Origin: Thermoplasmata archaeon
Lineage (GTDB): Archaea; Thermoplasmatota; Thermoplasmata; Thermoplasmatales; Thermoplasmataceae
Assembly (NCBI GenBank): GCA_021817255.1
Contig: JAKAVO010000001.1
Coordinates: forward strand, 42,536-106,535
Reading direction: 5' to 3'
DNA length: 64,000 bases
Shown here: positions 10,946 to 21,302 of the stretch, in pieces
How positions within the stretch are numbered: the first letter of the stretch is position 1
Layout of the letters: every line of letters starts with the position of its first letter
Position numbers and translations under genes: made by a program
The notes under the pieces: generated by a model
Databases searched by the model: none
Seen by the model: only the letters and a program-made list of their open reading frames with translations
Told to the model about the DNA's origin: nothing

Positions 10946-12337
10946 TTGAATTTCCTGGACAGAATAAGATGCTTTGATTCTATACTTATAAAGGTAAATT
11001 CAATTGCATCAAATAAGGCGAAAATTGATCTGATTATTGACGGAGAGATCAGTTTCATTCTTGAATACCGGTACGATCACGATGTGGGCCTGGATGAAAA
11101 CCTGGCAGGGTTGCTGGGGGCTGCCGCCGCAATAAATTATTCCCTTTTTGCAAGAGAAATAATATTTGATTTTCCAACATCTGATGCAGATAGGAGAATG
11201 ATCGGTGAAATGGTGAGGATTAACAACATTGAAGTTTTTGTCAATCGGCTCTGCAGGATAAGATACAATTTTTTCAGGAAAGAATTTCTACCAACTGACA
11301 GTGAAGTTACCCTGGAAAATGCAGAAGGCAATACAAAACTCACATATGTTTCAAAACATACAGACACTGCAGTTAAAAATTCTAAATCAAGATCTGCAAT
11401 TATGCTCTCAGGCGGAAAGGAGAGCCTGCTCACCTATGGGCTTATCCAGGAGATCAGCGGAGATGCACTGCCATATTTCTTCAATGAATCAGGAGGGCAC
11501 TGGAAAGCAGCCAAACATTCCCATGATTATTTGGGTAAAACCGTTGAGAGCGCAAGAGTGTGGTCAAATATTGATCGGTTTTATAATTTCGTAAACCGCA
11601 GAATGAGTGTGCTGGATCCTGCAGTTTCATTTTCCTGGGCTGATGACTACCCGGTACAGCTTTTCCTTTTCCCGGTATACCTTTTTGCAACCCTCCCCTC
11701 CCTTGCAGGGAAGGGAATTTCCAATATAATAATGGGGAATGAGCTTGATGATCCTGCAGAAGAGCCACCATATAGAGGAATAAAACACTATTTTGGCGTA
11801 TATGATCAGAGTCCTGATTTTCAGAAGAGGTTTTCAGAATATCTCCATGAGAAGGGGTTTGGGGTTACCCTCTGGTCCGCCCTTTACAACATATATGGAT
11901 CGGTAGTTGAGGATATGCTTGTGAACAGGTACCATGATCTGTATCTGCTTCAGAGATCATGCCATTCCTGCAGATATGAAAGCGGGGATGTGTATCCATG
12001 CGGAAAGTGCAGCAAGTGCCTGGGAGTGAGGCTGTTTATTGAATATGCCCATGGCGCCCCTGAGGAAATTCATTATCCTGGAACCAGGGGTTTGCAGGAA
12101 ACAGTACGAAAGGAAAAAATGAAACTTGACCCTGATGAACTGAACTTCCTGATGGAGGGGCTGGAAAAAGGAAATTATGCTCGGGATACACAGATAAGGG
12201 GCATTCACCTTCTTCCAGGTGAAAAGGAAGTGATGGGGCAGATACCGGAAAAGTACAGAAATGGGCTATACAACATTATGAAACAGTACACCAACGGTAC
12301 CTGGAAATTGAACTATGGGCAGTGGATCAGGGATTAG
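10946..12337 (+). CDS. PP-loop ATP pyrophosphatase-like protein with Cys cluster (MurL/QueC-like)
   Basis: LSGGKESLL PP-loop; SCHSC...PCGKCSKC; TTG start 2 bp after the DUF1611 stop. Confidence 0.7.
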   Translation: MNFLDRIRCFDSILIKVNSIASNKAKIDLIIDGEISFILEYRYDHDVGLDENLAGLLGAAAAINYSLFAREIIFDFPTSDADRRMIGEMVRINNIEVFVNRLCRIRYNFFRKEFLPTDSEVTLENAEGNTKLTYVSKHTDTAVKNSKSRSAIMLSGGKESLLTYGLIQEISGDALPYFFNESGGHWKAAKHSHDYLGKTVESARVWSNIDRFYNFVNRRMSVLDPAVSFSWADDYPVQLFLFPVYLFATLPSLAGKGISNIIMGNELDDPAEEPPYRGIKHYFGVYDQSPDFQKRFSEYLHEKGFGVTLWSALYNIYGSVVEDMLVNRYHDLYLLQRSCHSCRYESGDVYPCGKCSKCLGVRLFIEYAHGAPEEIHYPGTRGLQETVRKEKMKLDPDELNFLMEGLEKGNYARDTQIRGIHLLPGEKEVMGQIPEKYRNGLYNIMKQYTNGTWKLNYGQWIRD

Positions 12338-12890
12338 GCTCCAGTTCAAAATCTGAATAGACCTTTTTAAGATCGTCTTCACCGTGGCATTGTGCATATG
12401 CGTTCAGCAGTTCCATGTTCATCTCCATGAATGTGTGGCCCCATGTGAATTTGCCAATAATTTCCTTAGCCTGATCTATGTACCCAGTGATGTAGAGTGC
12501 TGAAACAAGAGCTTCAACTGAAGATAACTTGCCCAGTTTTCCAAAGTTTACGGGATTTCCCGCCATCAAGAGGGGAAGTTTCCTTTCTGTTCCCTTCCTG
12601 TATGATCCCAGAAGATCTCCGAGGTTCCAGGAACCTTCTATTATGCATATTCCCTTCCTTCCCAAGATTATTCTGTCTGAAGGAAAGAGTACTCTTTCCG
12701 CATCATGCCTCAGCACAATATACCCGCTCATTCTGTCCCTGTTAATCTGTTCTGCAAGCTTAAATTTCTGAAGTTTTTTCATTGTGGATTTTGCCGGATC
12801 ATCCTGGTGAAGATAGACGAATCCAACTCTTACATTCCTGTTTTTATGTTCTGCCAAACATGGAATTATGGCGTCTAATGATATAACCAT
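12327..12890 (-). CDS. tsr3: 16S rRNA aminocarboxypropyltransferase Tsr3 (DUF367)
   Basis: QDDPAKST, EGSW, RKLPLLMAGNPVNFGK..KLSSVEA and FTWGHTF motifs. Confidence 0.92.
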   Translation of the reverse strand: MVISLDAIIPCLAEHKNRNVRVGFVYLHQDDPAKSTMKKLQKFKLAEQINRDRMSGYIVLRHDAERVLFPSDRIILGRKGICIIEGSWNLGDLLGSYRKGTERKLPLLMAGNPVNFGKLGKLSSVEALVSALYITGYIDQAKEIIGKFTWGHTFMEMNMELLNAYAQCHGEDDLKKVYSDFELEPNP

Positions 12891-12994
12891 ATGTCTTTTG
12901 CATGTAAAGATTCCGGGCTCTCCATTCCTTCACCTTTCTGCAATAAATGAAGCCTGCTTTCAGGGAGAAGTTCCTTTTCTGGCAATGTTTCCAT

Positions 12995-13789
12995 TCAGGG
13001 GATATTTTGGATTTCTGGGTTGTCTGGATCTCCTCCAATGGAAATGGCCTGGTCTTTCTGATCATGGCTCAGGATTAACACGAATTGCTCCCTAATTGCC
13101 TTTTTGATCAGGGCTTTCTTTGAACTCATCGTTTTCAGGGGTTCTGAATCAATCGCTGTTATCCTTGTTGGTTTGATATGAAAAGTGGTTGGCATGAGGT
13201 CCCCTGGAAACATAAGCTTAAGGTTTCCACGTTGAAAAATGATCGCCATGTGCCCTGTTGTATGCCCACCTGTATGGATCAATTGAAAATTTCCTATTTC
13301 CATATCTGAAAAAACAGGAGTCAGGTTTGAAATGTCTGGGCCTGTAGTGCTGTAAGTGTAACTTGCTGCTGCAAAATCCTCTGGTTTCCTGAAGTTGTCA
13401 ACCTCAAGGTGGTGTGCATAAGACCTGCTCCCAGCCAGATCCGTGAAGGAATGCCCCATATGGTCAAAGTGGAGATGCGTGTGGAAAATAGCGTCAAATT
13501 TTTTAATTCCGTTCTTTTGCATATAATTTTTTAAATTCCCGTTTGGAGATGCTTCGAACCATTTTTCAAGATACTTTCCCGGACTGTTCCCAATTCCTGA
13601 GTCCACCATGTAATTTTTATCGCCTTCCCTTATGACGCAAATATTTGAATTAAGGCTTATTCTGTAATTATCATTTAACTGGAATTCCCTGGACCATATA
13701 TTTCGTGGCGTGGTTCCAAAAGCCGCACCTGGATCGAGTGAAAATGTTCCATCATTAATAACGTCATACGTGCATGTTTCCGATGGCAT
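12995..13789 (-). CDS. MBL-fold metallo-hydrolase (YtnP-like)
   Basis: DPGAAFG..P..IW, HTHLHFDH, GGHTTGH and GD motifs; start set at ATG 13789. Confidence 0.88.
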   Translation of the reverse strand: MPSETCTYDVINDGTFSLDPGAAFGTTPRNIWSREFQLNDNYRISLNSNICVIREGDKNYMVDSGIGNSPGKYLEKWFEASPNGNLKNYMQKNGIKKFDAIFHTHLHFDHMGHSFTDLAGSRSYAHHLEVDNFRKPEDFAAASYTYSTTGPDISNLTPVFSDMEIGNFQLIHTGGHTTGHMAIIFQRGNLKLMFPGDLMPTTFHIKPTRITAIDSEPLKTMSSKKALIKKAIREQFVLILSHDQKDQAISIGGDPDNPEIQNIP

Positions 13790-13906
13790 AAAAGAATATG
13801 CCAACAACAGATTAATGTTTTTCCGGCATTATTTTTTCTTTATTAATTGGACGTTATTTAAAAAAAATTGGGTTAATTGAGTGTTTTAGAATATTGAAAT
13901 GGAAGG

Positions 13907-15109
13907 TTAGAATACCGGTATTTTTCCATCCACAAATCCCTGTGTCAGGTCGAATATGTGCTCCAGTTCGGAGTCAGCTATTGCCTCAATGTTTTTCTTG
14001 TGCTTTGATGGATCTACACTGCTCGGATAAATGACCTGCAAACTTGCAACGTGTGGGTTGTCAATGCTTCTTCCTATTTGTGATACAATCCTCACAAGCA
14101 CCTCTAAAACGTCTCCTCCTTCCTCCTTTACCACATGCTCTGCTATCTTGTTAGAGAGGACGTTGTATAACTTCCCCACGTGTGTAACAGGGTTCTTTCC
14201 GGCTGCTGCTTCCATGCTCATTGGCCTGTATGGCGTTATAATTCCATTAACTCTGTTTCCCCTTCCTACAGATCCATCATCCCCATTTTCCTGGGAAAGT
14301 CCTGTGACAGTCAGGTAATGGCTCGTAATCTTGGCTCCATCCTTATCTGCTGTATTTATGAAAATATTTACATCTTCACTGGAAATTTTGCTTGCATTAT
14401 CTTCAACGAGCTGCTGGAACTGTTCTTTTATGGAAAAGTATTCATCACTGTCCTTGACATATTTATCAACATATGCTGCAGCGACTGTGAGGTTTATGGT
14501 TTTGTCCTGCCTGTATCCCATAACTTTTATATCATATCCAATGGCTGGAAGTTTTTTCTTCATTTCTCCATTTATAAATTTCTCTGTACCCTTTACAAGC
14601 CTCTCTGTGTCCGTAAATGGCGCAAACCCGACTCCGAATGAAGTATCATTGGCCCTGTGCTTTGTTGTATCATATACATCCCTCAAGTCTACAGAACCGT
14701 GGCCTATTCTTGAATCCAGCATTACATCGCTATCCATATCCAGATGATTGAAATTGTTCTGAAGATAGTTTTTAGCTGCTTTTATTGCGACTGCCTTCAC
14801 TGGGATTCTTTCGCCATCTACAGTTGTTGTTGCTCTTCCACTCAACAATATGTAAACTGGATCAAGTACTGCTCCGCCGCCAAATTTTGGTGCAGACTGC
14901 CCACCAACCAGTTCCACCTGATCAGTGTTGTGATGAAGAATTTTTCCAAAATGTTTTATGTAATATTTGCTCAATTCCCTACTTACAGATTCTGCTATTC
15001 CATCAGATACGCTATCAGGGTGCCCGATACCTTTTCTTTCTACAAGTTCCACGCCTCTAAGATGTGTAGGAACCTGGTTGACTGCTTCGACTGAAATATT
15101 TCTAATCAT
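13907..15109 (-). CDS. mat: S-adenosylmethionine synthetase, archaeal type
   Basis: VERKGIGHPD, HHNTDQ, ANDTSFGVG, GRGNR and AGKNPVTHVGK motifs. Confidence 0.96.
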   Translation of the reverse strand: MIRNISVEAVNQVPTHLRGVELVERKGIGHPDSVSDGIAESVSRELSKYYIKHFGKILHHNTDQVELVGGQSAPKFGGGAVLDPVYILLSGRATTTVDGERIPVKAVAIKAAKNYLQNNFNHLDMDSDVMLDSRIGHGSVDLRDVYDTTKHRANDTSFGVGFAPFTDTERLVKGTEKFINGEMKKKLPAIGYDIKVMGYRQDKTINLTVAAAYVDKYVKDSDEYFSIKEQFQQLVEDNASKISSEDVNIFINTADKDGAKITSHYLTVTGLSQENGDDGSVGRGNRVNGIITPYRPMSMEAAAGKNPVTHVGKLYNVLSNKIAEHVVKEEGGDVLEVLVRIVSQIGRSIDNPHVASLQVIYPSSVDPSKHKKNIEAIADSELEHIFDLTQGFVDGKIPVF

Positions 15110-15382
15110 TCATTTACCTAAACCGCTAAGATTTCCTTTTTATAAAATGTTTTGTAAACTTTAAAAATAAATTACAGAAGCATATTTTGAATTACCTCGA
15201 GTAATATTATAATGCAATAATTACATAGATTGTCCATTAATTGAAGGTTTTTGGTTGAAGTGGCCCTCATTTATAGTTTATTAACACACTGCCAGAACAG
15301 AACCACAATTGAAAACAACGCAGTAATAAATATCCTTAAGCAAAATTCTCAAAGCATATTAAAAATGAAGTGTTTAGAGTTT

Positions 15383-16852
15383 ATGAACGTATTAGTGTCC
15401 CTTACAGACAAGAGTGGTTCTGATGGGTTTTTAAAGGAAATTTCCTCAATAGTTGATAGGATTTATGCATCGGAAGGCACCAAAAAATATCTGGAGGAAA
15501 ATGGAGTGGAGTGCCACTCTATCTCTGAACTTACAGGTTTCGATGAACTGCTGGGAGGACGTGTCAAAACGCTACATCCGGCAGTTTTTTCTGGCATACT
15601 GATGCAGGATAATGATGATGATAGAAAACAGGTGGAAGGAAAGGGATATTTTCCATTTGACATAGTGATGTGCAACCTATATGACTTCAGCAAATACTCG
15701 AACGGATCGGAAGAAGAGAAGATAGAGCATATTGATATTGGTGGCGTGTCCCTTATCAGGGCAGCAGCAAAAAACTGGAAAAGAGTTGCAATATTAAAAA
15801 ACAGGGAAGATTACGCTATTGCCAGTTCTGAAATTCAGAAAACTGGAAAAGTGAGTTTAGAGACAAGAAAAAAACTGGCCCTTGACGCATTTAAATTAAC
15901 TTACAGATATGACATGATGATCTATAATTCCCTGAGCGGCTCTGAAAATGGAAGGATTATAGAGATGGTGGATGGCAAAAAGCTGAGATATGGTGAAAAC
16001 CCTGATCAGGAAGGTTTCATTTACAATATTCCAGAATACGGAAAGATGGAAGTTTTTCATGGCAAGGAGATGTCATATAACAATTATGTAGACGCATCTT
16101 CGGCGATTGAAACAGCACTGGATTTCTCTGATCCTTTTGCGGTTGTAATCAAGCACAACACTCCCTGCGGAGCTGCGACCGGGAAGGATCATGGCGAAGC
16201 ACTATTGAAAGCGATAGATGCAGACAGGGAATCTGCATACGGTTCCGTAATTTGTGTAAATGGCGTTGCCGGCAGGCAGGTTGCAGAAGCTATTAAAGAT
16301 CTTTTTGTGGAAATAATAATTGCAAAAGATTTTGATGATGAAGGAAAGAGGATGATTGGAAAGAAGAAAAACATCAGGATGATAAAATATTCAGGAAGTG
16401 GGCCGGATAGAAACTTTAAGACTCTTTTCAATGGAATACTTGAACAGACCAGGATGAACACCAGTGTTGACCAGATGAAAGAAGTTGTACATGGAAGAAA
16501 GGATTTTTCCATGAAGGAAATAGAATTTGCATGGAAAATTGCTGCCCATTGCAGAAGCAATGCGATTGTCCTTGCAAAGGGCTGCGTTACTGTTGGAGTT
16601 GGAGCAGGGCAGACTTCACGGGTTGAGGCTACGAAAATTGCATGCAGCAGGGCAGGCAGCAAGGCAAATGGGTCTATCATGGCATCAGACGCTTATATTC
16701 CCTTTTCGGATAATGTGGATGTTGCAAAAGAGAGTGGCATAGCTGCAATAGTTGAGCCGGGAGGATCCATAAGGGATCAGGATGTGATCGATTCCTGCAC
16801 AAACAATGGAATTTCGCTTTATTTCACAGGAAGAAGAGTGTTTCTCCACTGA
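15383..16852 (+). CDS. purH: Bifunctional AICAR transformylase/IMP cyclohydrolase
   Basis: GRVKTLHP, IDIGG, LRYGENPDQ, KHNTPCG, ASDAY and final RVFLH motifs; start set at ATG 15383. Confidence 0.95.
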   Translation: MNVLVSLTDKSGSDGFLKEISSIVDRIYASEGTKKYLEENGVECHSISELTGFDELLGGRVKTLHPAVFSGILMQDNDDDRKQVEGKGYFPFDIVMCNLYDFSKYSNGSEEEKIEHIDIGGVSLIRAAAKNWKRVAILKNREDYAIASSEIQKTGKVSLETRKKLALDAFKLTYRYDMMIYNSLSGSENGRIIEMVDGKKLRYGENPDQEGFIYNIPEYGKMEVFHGKEMSYNNYVDASSAIETALDFSDPFAVVIKHNTPCGAATGKDHGEALLKAIDADRESAYGSVICVNGVAGRQVAEAIKDLFVEIIIAKDFDDEGKRMIGKKKNIRMIKYSGSGPDRNFKTLFNGILEQTRMNTSVDQMKEVVHGRKDFSMKEIEFAWKIAAHCRSNAIVLAKGCVTVGVGAGQTSRVEATKIACSRAGSKANGSIMASDAYIPFSDNVDVAKESGIAAIVEPGGSIRDQDVIDSCTNNGISLYFTGRRVFLH

Positions 16853-17122
16853 TTCTTTTCTATTCAGCGCTTGAAGCCAGTAAAGGGGAGCAATTATGCG
16901 GAGTTTTTTTGCCATTAGCCCTGGAATGTGAAAGGATCTGTGCATTTGCAGAAATTCAGGAAATGCTCCGATTTGTTTAAAATAAGGGTTGTATGTGAAA
17001 TTCATTCCACCACCATAAAATGCCAAATTTTTCCCTTTCATGTTATGCAGGCCTTGAAAGTACCCGATATAAAAACGTCAAAACGCATTAAAAATTCATA
17101 TATAATATGATGATAATGCGGC

Positions 17123-20100
17123 ATGATGTCATTTTATAAACACGCACCAGACATAATGGGCAAGGAATTTCTTTTTGTCTCCAATGATAAAATATGGGTA
17201 GGAGACCTGGCAACCGGCATTTCCAGGGTTGTTGTATCCAACGAGGGAATAATAAACAATGCAAGGTTTTCTCCGGACGGAAGCAAGATAGTTTTCAGGT
17301 CTATGAAAGGAAAGGATGGTTCACTGGCTGATCTGTATTTATACGACAGGAAAACGTGCCGAATAAAGAGAGTTACATTCCTTAACGGCAAAAGCGTCCC
17401 AAGAAGAATGTTTACTGACATAGCGGGATGGAAAGGAGAAAAACCAGTTGTATCAACTGACGCTATGTCTGCGTTTGGGGCGCTTACCTTTTTCTATGAA
17501 CTTGACGTTGATTCACTATCCTTGAATCCGCTTAACCTGGGACCGGGGGCGCATATACTTTTTCACGGTGACGATACAGTAATAGGAAGATATACTTACG
17601 ACATGCCACACTGGAAAGGTTACAAGGGCGGAACAAGAGGAGTTGTCTGGTCAGGCAAAACAGGAGGAAAATATAAAAAAATTGTGGATGTTGAAGGGCA
17701 TGTTTCCTCTCCATGCCTTGTCGGAGGCAGAATATTCTTTGTGTCTGATCACGAGGGAAATGGCCAAATATATTCAGTGGATATTGCTGGCGGGAAATTT
17801 ACAAGGCACTCGAATTTTAAAACGTATTATCCGAGGCATCTATCATCCAGCGGAAATCTTTTAATTTATTCAATGGGTGGTGAACTATACACAATGAACC
17901 CGGATGATGCAAAAGAGAAGAAGCTTGAAGTGAAAATGGAATCAGGCATCTCAATTCCGGATGCAAAGTTCCCCGACCCTTCTGATTATCTTGAGGAATA
18001 CGCAGTCAATGGAAAGGAAAATATGTTTGGGTACGTTGTAAGAGGGAAGGGGATACTCACATCAGACGATTTTGCCCCACAATTGCCCGTTCCTTCAAAG
18101 GGAAGAATAAGGCTTCTGAGATTTCTGGATGAAAATGCGATTGCCTTCGTAAGGCAGGACGAGCATGGGGAGTTCCTGTGCACATCTAAAATTTCTGACC
18201 TTTCTAATCACACAGAGCTTGAGAAGAAAGCTGGTATGATTGATAATATTTTTCCTTCCCCGGATGGCAAAATGATTGCAATGACGAATATACTCTTTGA
18301 GTTGTATATGGTAGATACGGAGAAAATGTCATGTGAACTTGTTGATCATAGTGAAGCGGGCAAGATAAGGGATGTTTCATGGTCTGGAGACTCAAAAATG
18401 ATTGCATACACTTTCCCTTACATGACCGGGGGATTTGGCCAGAAAGATGGTTCTATTGTCAAAACCCTTAATCTTGAAACAAATGAAAAGAAAGAAATAA
18501 CTGAAAAAACTGCAAATGATTATTCTCCAGCCTTTGATCCTTCCAACTCCTATATTTATTATCTATCAGACAGAACATTCGATCCTGTGGAAGACAGGGC
18601 AACATTCAACTTTTCTTTTCCGTTGATGACAAAAATCTACTATGTTAAAATCGGAGGAGATCAGTTTTCTCCAACGGTAAACATTCCTGAACCTATGAAG
18701 CTTAGCTTTGAGAGGGGTGAGAGGACATTGTATTCCGTAGCATTGCCGGTGGATTCGGGCAACTACAATTCACTGGCTGCCGTCAAGGGAGGGCTGCTTT
18801 ATAATTCCTACAAAGTTGAGGGCTTATTGAAGAATGCAAATGGCGGAGGGCAGAGAAAAGCAAAACTAATGTTTTTCAGTTTCGAAACAAAGAAGCCAAA
18901 GACAGTTGCTGATAAAGTGCTTGATTACAAAGTATCCAGGGACGAAAGTGTTGTTGTGGCCAGGAGAGACAAGAACAAATTGTTCAAGATCCAATCAAAA
19001 AGTGTGAAGGAAAAAATAAGTGGCTTTGAAGAGGAAAAGGAAATTCACCTGAAAAAGCTGAAATCAAAAATTGACCCTGTTTCAGAATGGAAACAGATGT
19101 TTACTGAAACCTGGATGCTGGCAACCAACTTTTTCTGGAAAAAAGATTTTGCAACCAGCAATGCACGTGAAATATTCGAAAGGTATGAACCACTTGTGAA
19201 TAAAATAACGACAAGGTTTGAATTATCTGAAATCCTGCGTGAGATGCAGGGTGAATACAGAACATCCCATTCCTATGAAACCGGTGGAGATTTTCTTCCC
19301 TCGGATGCAATGCCCTTAGGGCGCTTAGGTGCTGATTTCCAGCTCAAAGGGAAGAAATATTTCATCAAGAAAATCTATCATGGCGATCTCTCCAACGATA
19401 AGGAAAAGAGCCCCTTGCTGGTTGGAGGATTCAGTGAAGGGGATGAGATACTTTCAATTAACGGTGAAGTTCCTGCGAAAGACGGAAAGCCTCTGGAAGA
19501 GATACTCCTGAACCTGCCTTCAGAACTGATCAGGGTAGATGCCAAAACTTCAGATGGAAAGAAGTTTTCCAACTATGTCGAGACAATACCCGATGACAGA
19601 TATTTAAGATACAGAAACTGGGTTGAAGAGAATAGAAAACTTGTCCACGAAAAAACAAGGGGAGAGGTGGGCTATTTGCATATACCAAATATGATGCTTG
19701 ATGGGCTTGCAGAGTTTTACAGGCTCTACACAAGAGAATTCAAGAGATATGGCCTGATTGTTGATGTGAGGTTTAATGGAGGTGGAAATGTGTCTCAGCT
19801 TGTCCTTGAAAAACTGATGAGGGAGAGGATTGCATTCACTCATCCAAGAATTGGGCAGGACTCGCCATACCCTTCGTATTCTGTAGAGGGGCCGATGGTT
19901 GCCCTTACAAATGAGAATGCAGGATCGGATGGAGATATATTCAGCCATTCTTTCAAGATTTTGAGCCTTGGCCCCCTTATTGGCACAAGAACATGGGGTG
20001 GAGTGGTAGGGATCAGCCCTGAACGGAGGCTTGCAGATGGCACACAGGTGACCCAGCCCAGATTCGGGATGAATTTCAAGGATGTTGGATTTGGAGTCGA

Positions 20101-20230
20101 GAACTATGGAACCGATCCAACAGATGAGGTTGAAATATCCCCTGAGGACTGGCACAGGGGAAAAGATCCGCAGATGGAACTGGCTTTGGGCAAAATAATG
20201 GAAATGATAAAAATAAACAGAAAAAAATGA
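17123..20230 (+). CDS. tri: Tricorn protease (S41, beta-propellers + PDZ)
   Basis: WKGYKGGTRG, TSHSYE (His), DVRFNGGG, AGSDGD (catalytic Ser) and GTRTWGG motifs. Confidence 0.95.
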   Translation: MMSFYKHAPDIMGKEFLFVSNDKIWVGDLATGISRVVVSNEGIINNARFSPDGSKIVFRSMKGKDGSLADLYLYDRKTCRIKRVTFLNGKSVPRRMFTDIAGWKGEKPVVSTDAMSAFGALTFFYELDVDSLSLNPLNLGPGAHILFHGDDTVIGRYTYDMPHWKGYKGGTRGVVWSGKTGGKYKKIVDVEGHVSSPCLVGGRIFFVSDHEGNGQIYSVDIAGGKFTRHSNFKTYYPRHLSSSGNLLIYSMGGELYTMNPDDAKEKKLEVKMESGISIPDAKFPDPSDYLEEYAVNGKENMFGYVVRGKGILTSDDFAPQLPVPSKGRIRLLRFLDENAIAFVRQDEHGEFLCTSKISDLSNHTELEKKAGMIDNIFPSPDGKMIAMTNILFELYMVDTEKMSCELVDHSEAGKIRDVSWSGDSKMIAYTFPYMTGGFGQKDGSIVKTLNLETNEKKEITEKTANDYSPAFDPSNSYIYYLSDRTFDPVEDRATFNFSFPLMTKIYYVKIGGDQFSPTVNIPEPMKLSFERGERTLYSVALPVDSGNYNSLAAVKGGLLYNSYKVEGLLKNANGGGQRKAKLMFFSFETKKPKTVADKVLDYKVSRDESVVVARRDKNKLFKIQSKSVKEKISGFEEEKEIHLKKLKSKIDPVSEWKQMFTETWMLATNFFWKKDFATSNAREIFERYEPLVNKITTRFELSEILREMQGEYRTSHSYETGGDFLPSDAMPLGRLGADFQLKGKKYFIKKIYHGDLSNDKEKSPLLVGGFSEGDEILSINGEVPAKDGKPLEEILLNLPSELIRVDAKTSDGKKFSNYVETIPDDRYLRYRNWVEENRKLVHEKTRGEVGYLHIPNMMLDGLAEFYRLYTREFKRYGLIVDVRFNGGGNVSQLVLEKLMRERIAFTHPRIGQDSPYPSYSVEGPMVALTNENAGSDGDIFSHSFKILSLGPLIGTRTWGGVVGISPERRLADGTQVTQPRFGMNFKDVGFGVENYGTDPTDEVEISPEDWHRGKDPQMELALGKIMEMIKINRKK

Positions 20231-20411
20231 ATCCGGCTAACTCAACCCTAAACCCTCATTCCCACCACTAAATATTTGATATTGATTCTTGTATAACCTG
20301 ATAATGGCTCCTCTGTTGCGCAGAAATTAAAGAGAGGGCCTTTAGAAGATGTTCCCCGGTTTGTTTGCTCCCCTCCTTTAATTTAATCAAAATAGAGTTT
20401 TCATTGCATAT

Positions 20412-21302
20412 TCAATGAATAAAGCGCAAAAGAATTGCAATTGAAAACCCTATGAGAACGCCAGTGTTCAAAAACGGGAGGCCTGGTGCGGGACGCTTGA
20501 TAAAACTGAACAGGATGAACATTGCCACTATTCCTCCAATAAGAGGCAGTGCAAAGAACGATATGGTTCCACCATAAAGATATGATGAAATCACCATAAC
20601 ATTTGGTATTGCAATATCTCCAAACCCGATCATTATTGCACCCCTCCTGTTTTCTTCTTCTCCATCAGATGGCCTGTCAATATCGGCATCTTTCATTTCA
20701 AAATTCAAATTTTCAGGCACAATGAAAAACAGTGGCATGTTAGAAGATGTGGTTGCTCTTGCAATATCGAGCATGTGCTTCGTTTTGTAGACTGCGATAT
20801 AATCGTAAACTGCAAATGCAATCATCAGAACTATGGCTGCATATAATCCAAGGTCAACGCCCCAAATGGCAGCAAGCCCGGCAGCTGTCAGGATTCCTGC
20901 TATATTAATAACGATCCAGTTCTGCCTGAAAAGAAGGAGATAAAGAAAAAGTACAGGTGTTCCAAAGCTCAGGAAATAGTATTCAGGGTAAGTTATGGGC
21001 AAAAGTGCATATAGCAGGCTTGACACAATGTAAATAACAAAAACCATTGAAATAACAAAAACTATTCTCAATATTCCCAGCTTTTTCTTTTTTGAGATAT
21101 ATAGAATTACAACAGACATTAAAATGACTGCAACAATGAAATAAATTACATATCCAAATCCGGCAGAAGTGTTCTGGCTTGGGTTAGTGGGGCTCACACT
21201 TTCCAGTTCAAGTGCCATTACTAATCCAATCAGCGATGCCACAAGAAACAGGATTGCAGTGCCTATTTCCGTGCCTATTCTTCTATTAAGCATTCTTAAC
21301 AC
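20412..21302 (-). CDS. Presenilin-family intramembrane aspartyl protease (PSH)
   Basis: AVYD, IGFGD and PGLP motifs; about 9 TM helices. Confidence 0.92.
   Translation of the reverse strand: MLRMLNRRIGTEIGTAILFLVASLIGLVMALELESVSPTNPSQNTSAGFGYVIYFIVAVILMSVVILYISKKKKLGILRIVFVISMVFVIYIVSSLLYALLPITYPEYYFLSFGTPVLFLYLLLFRQNWIVINIAGILTAAGLAAIWGVDLGLYAAIVLMIAFAVYDYIAVYKTKHMLDIARATTSSNMPLFFIVPENLNFEMKDADIDRPSDGEEENRRGAIMIGFGDIAIPNVMVISSYLYGGTISFFALPLIGGIVAMFILFSFIKRPAPGLPFLNTGVLIGFSIAILLRFIH

Noticed and set aside
20290-20390. GGCTCCTCTGTTGCG segment resembling an IS terminal repeat
   Set aside because: No partner inverted repeat or transposase nearby
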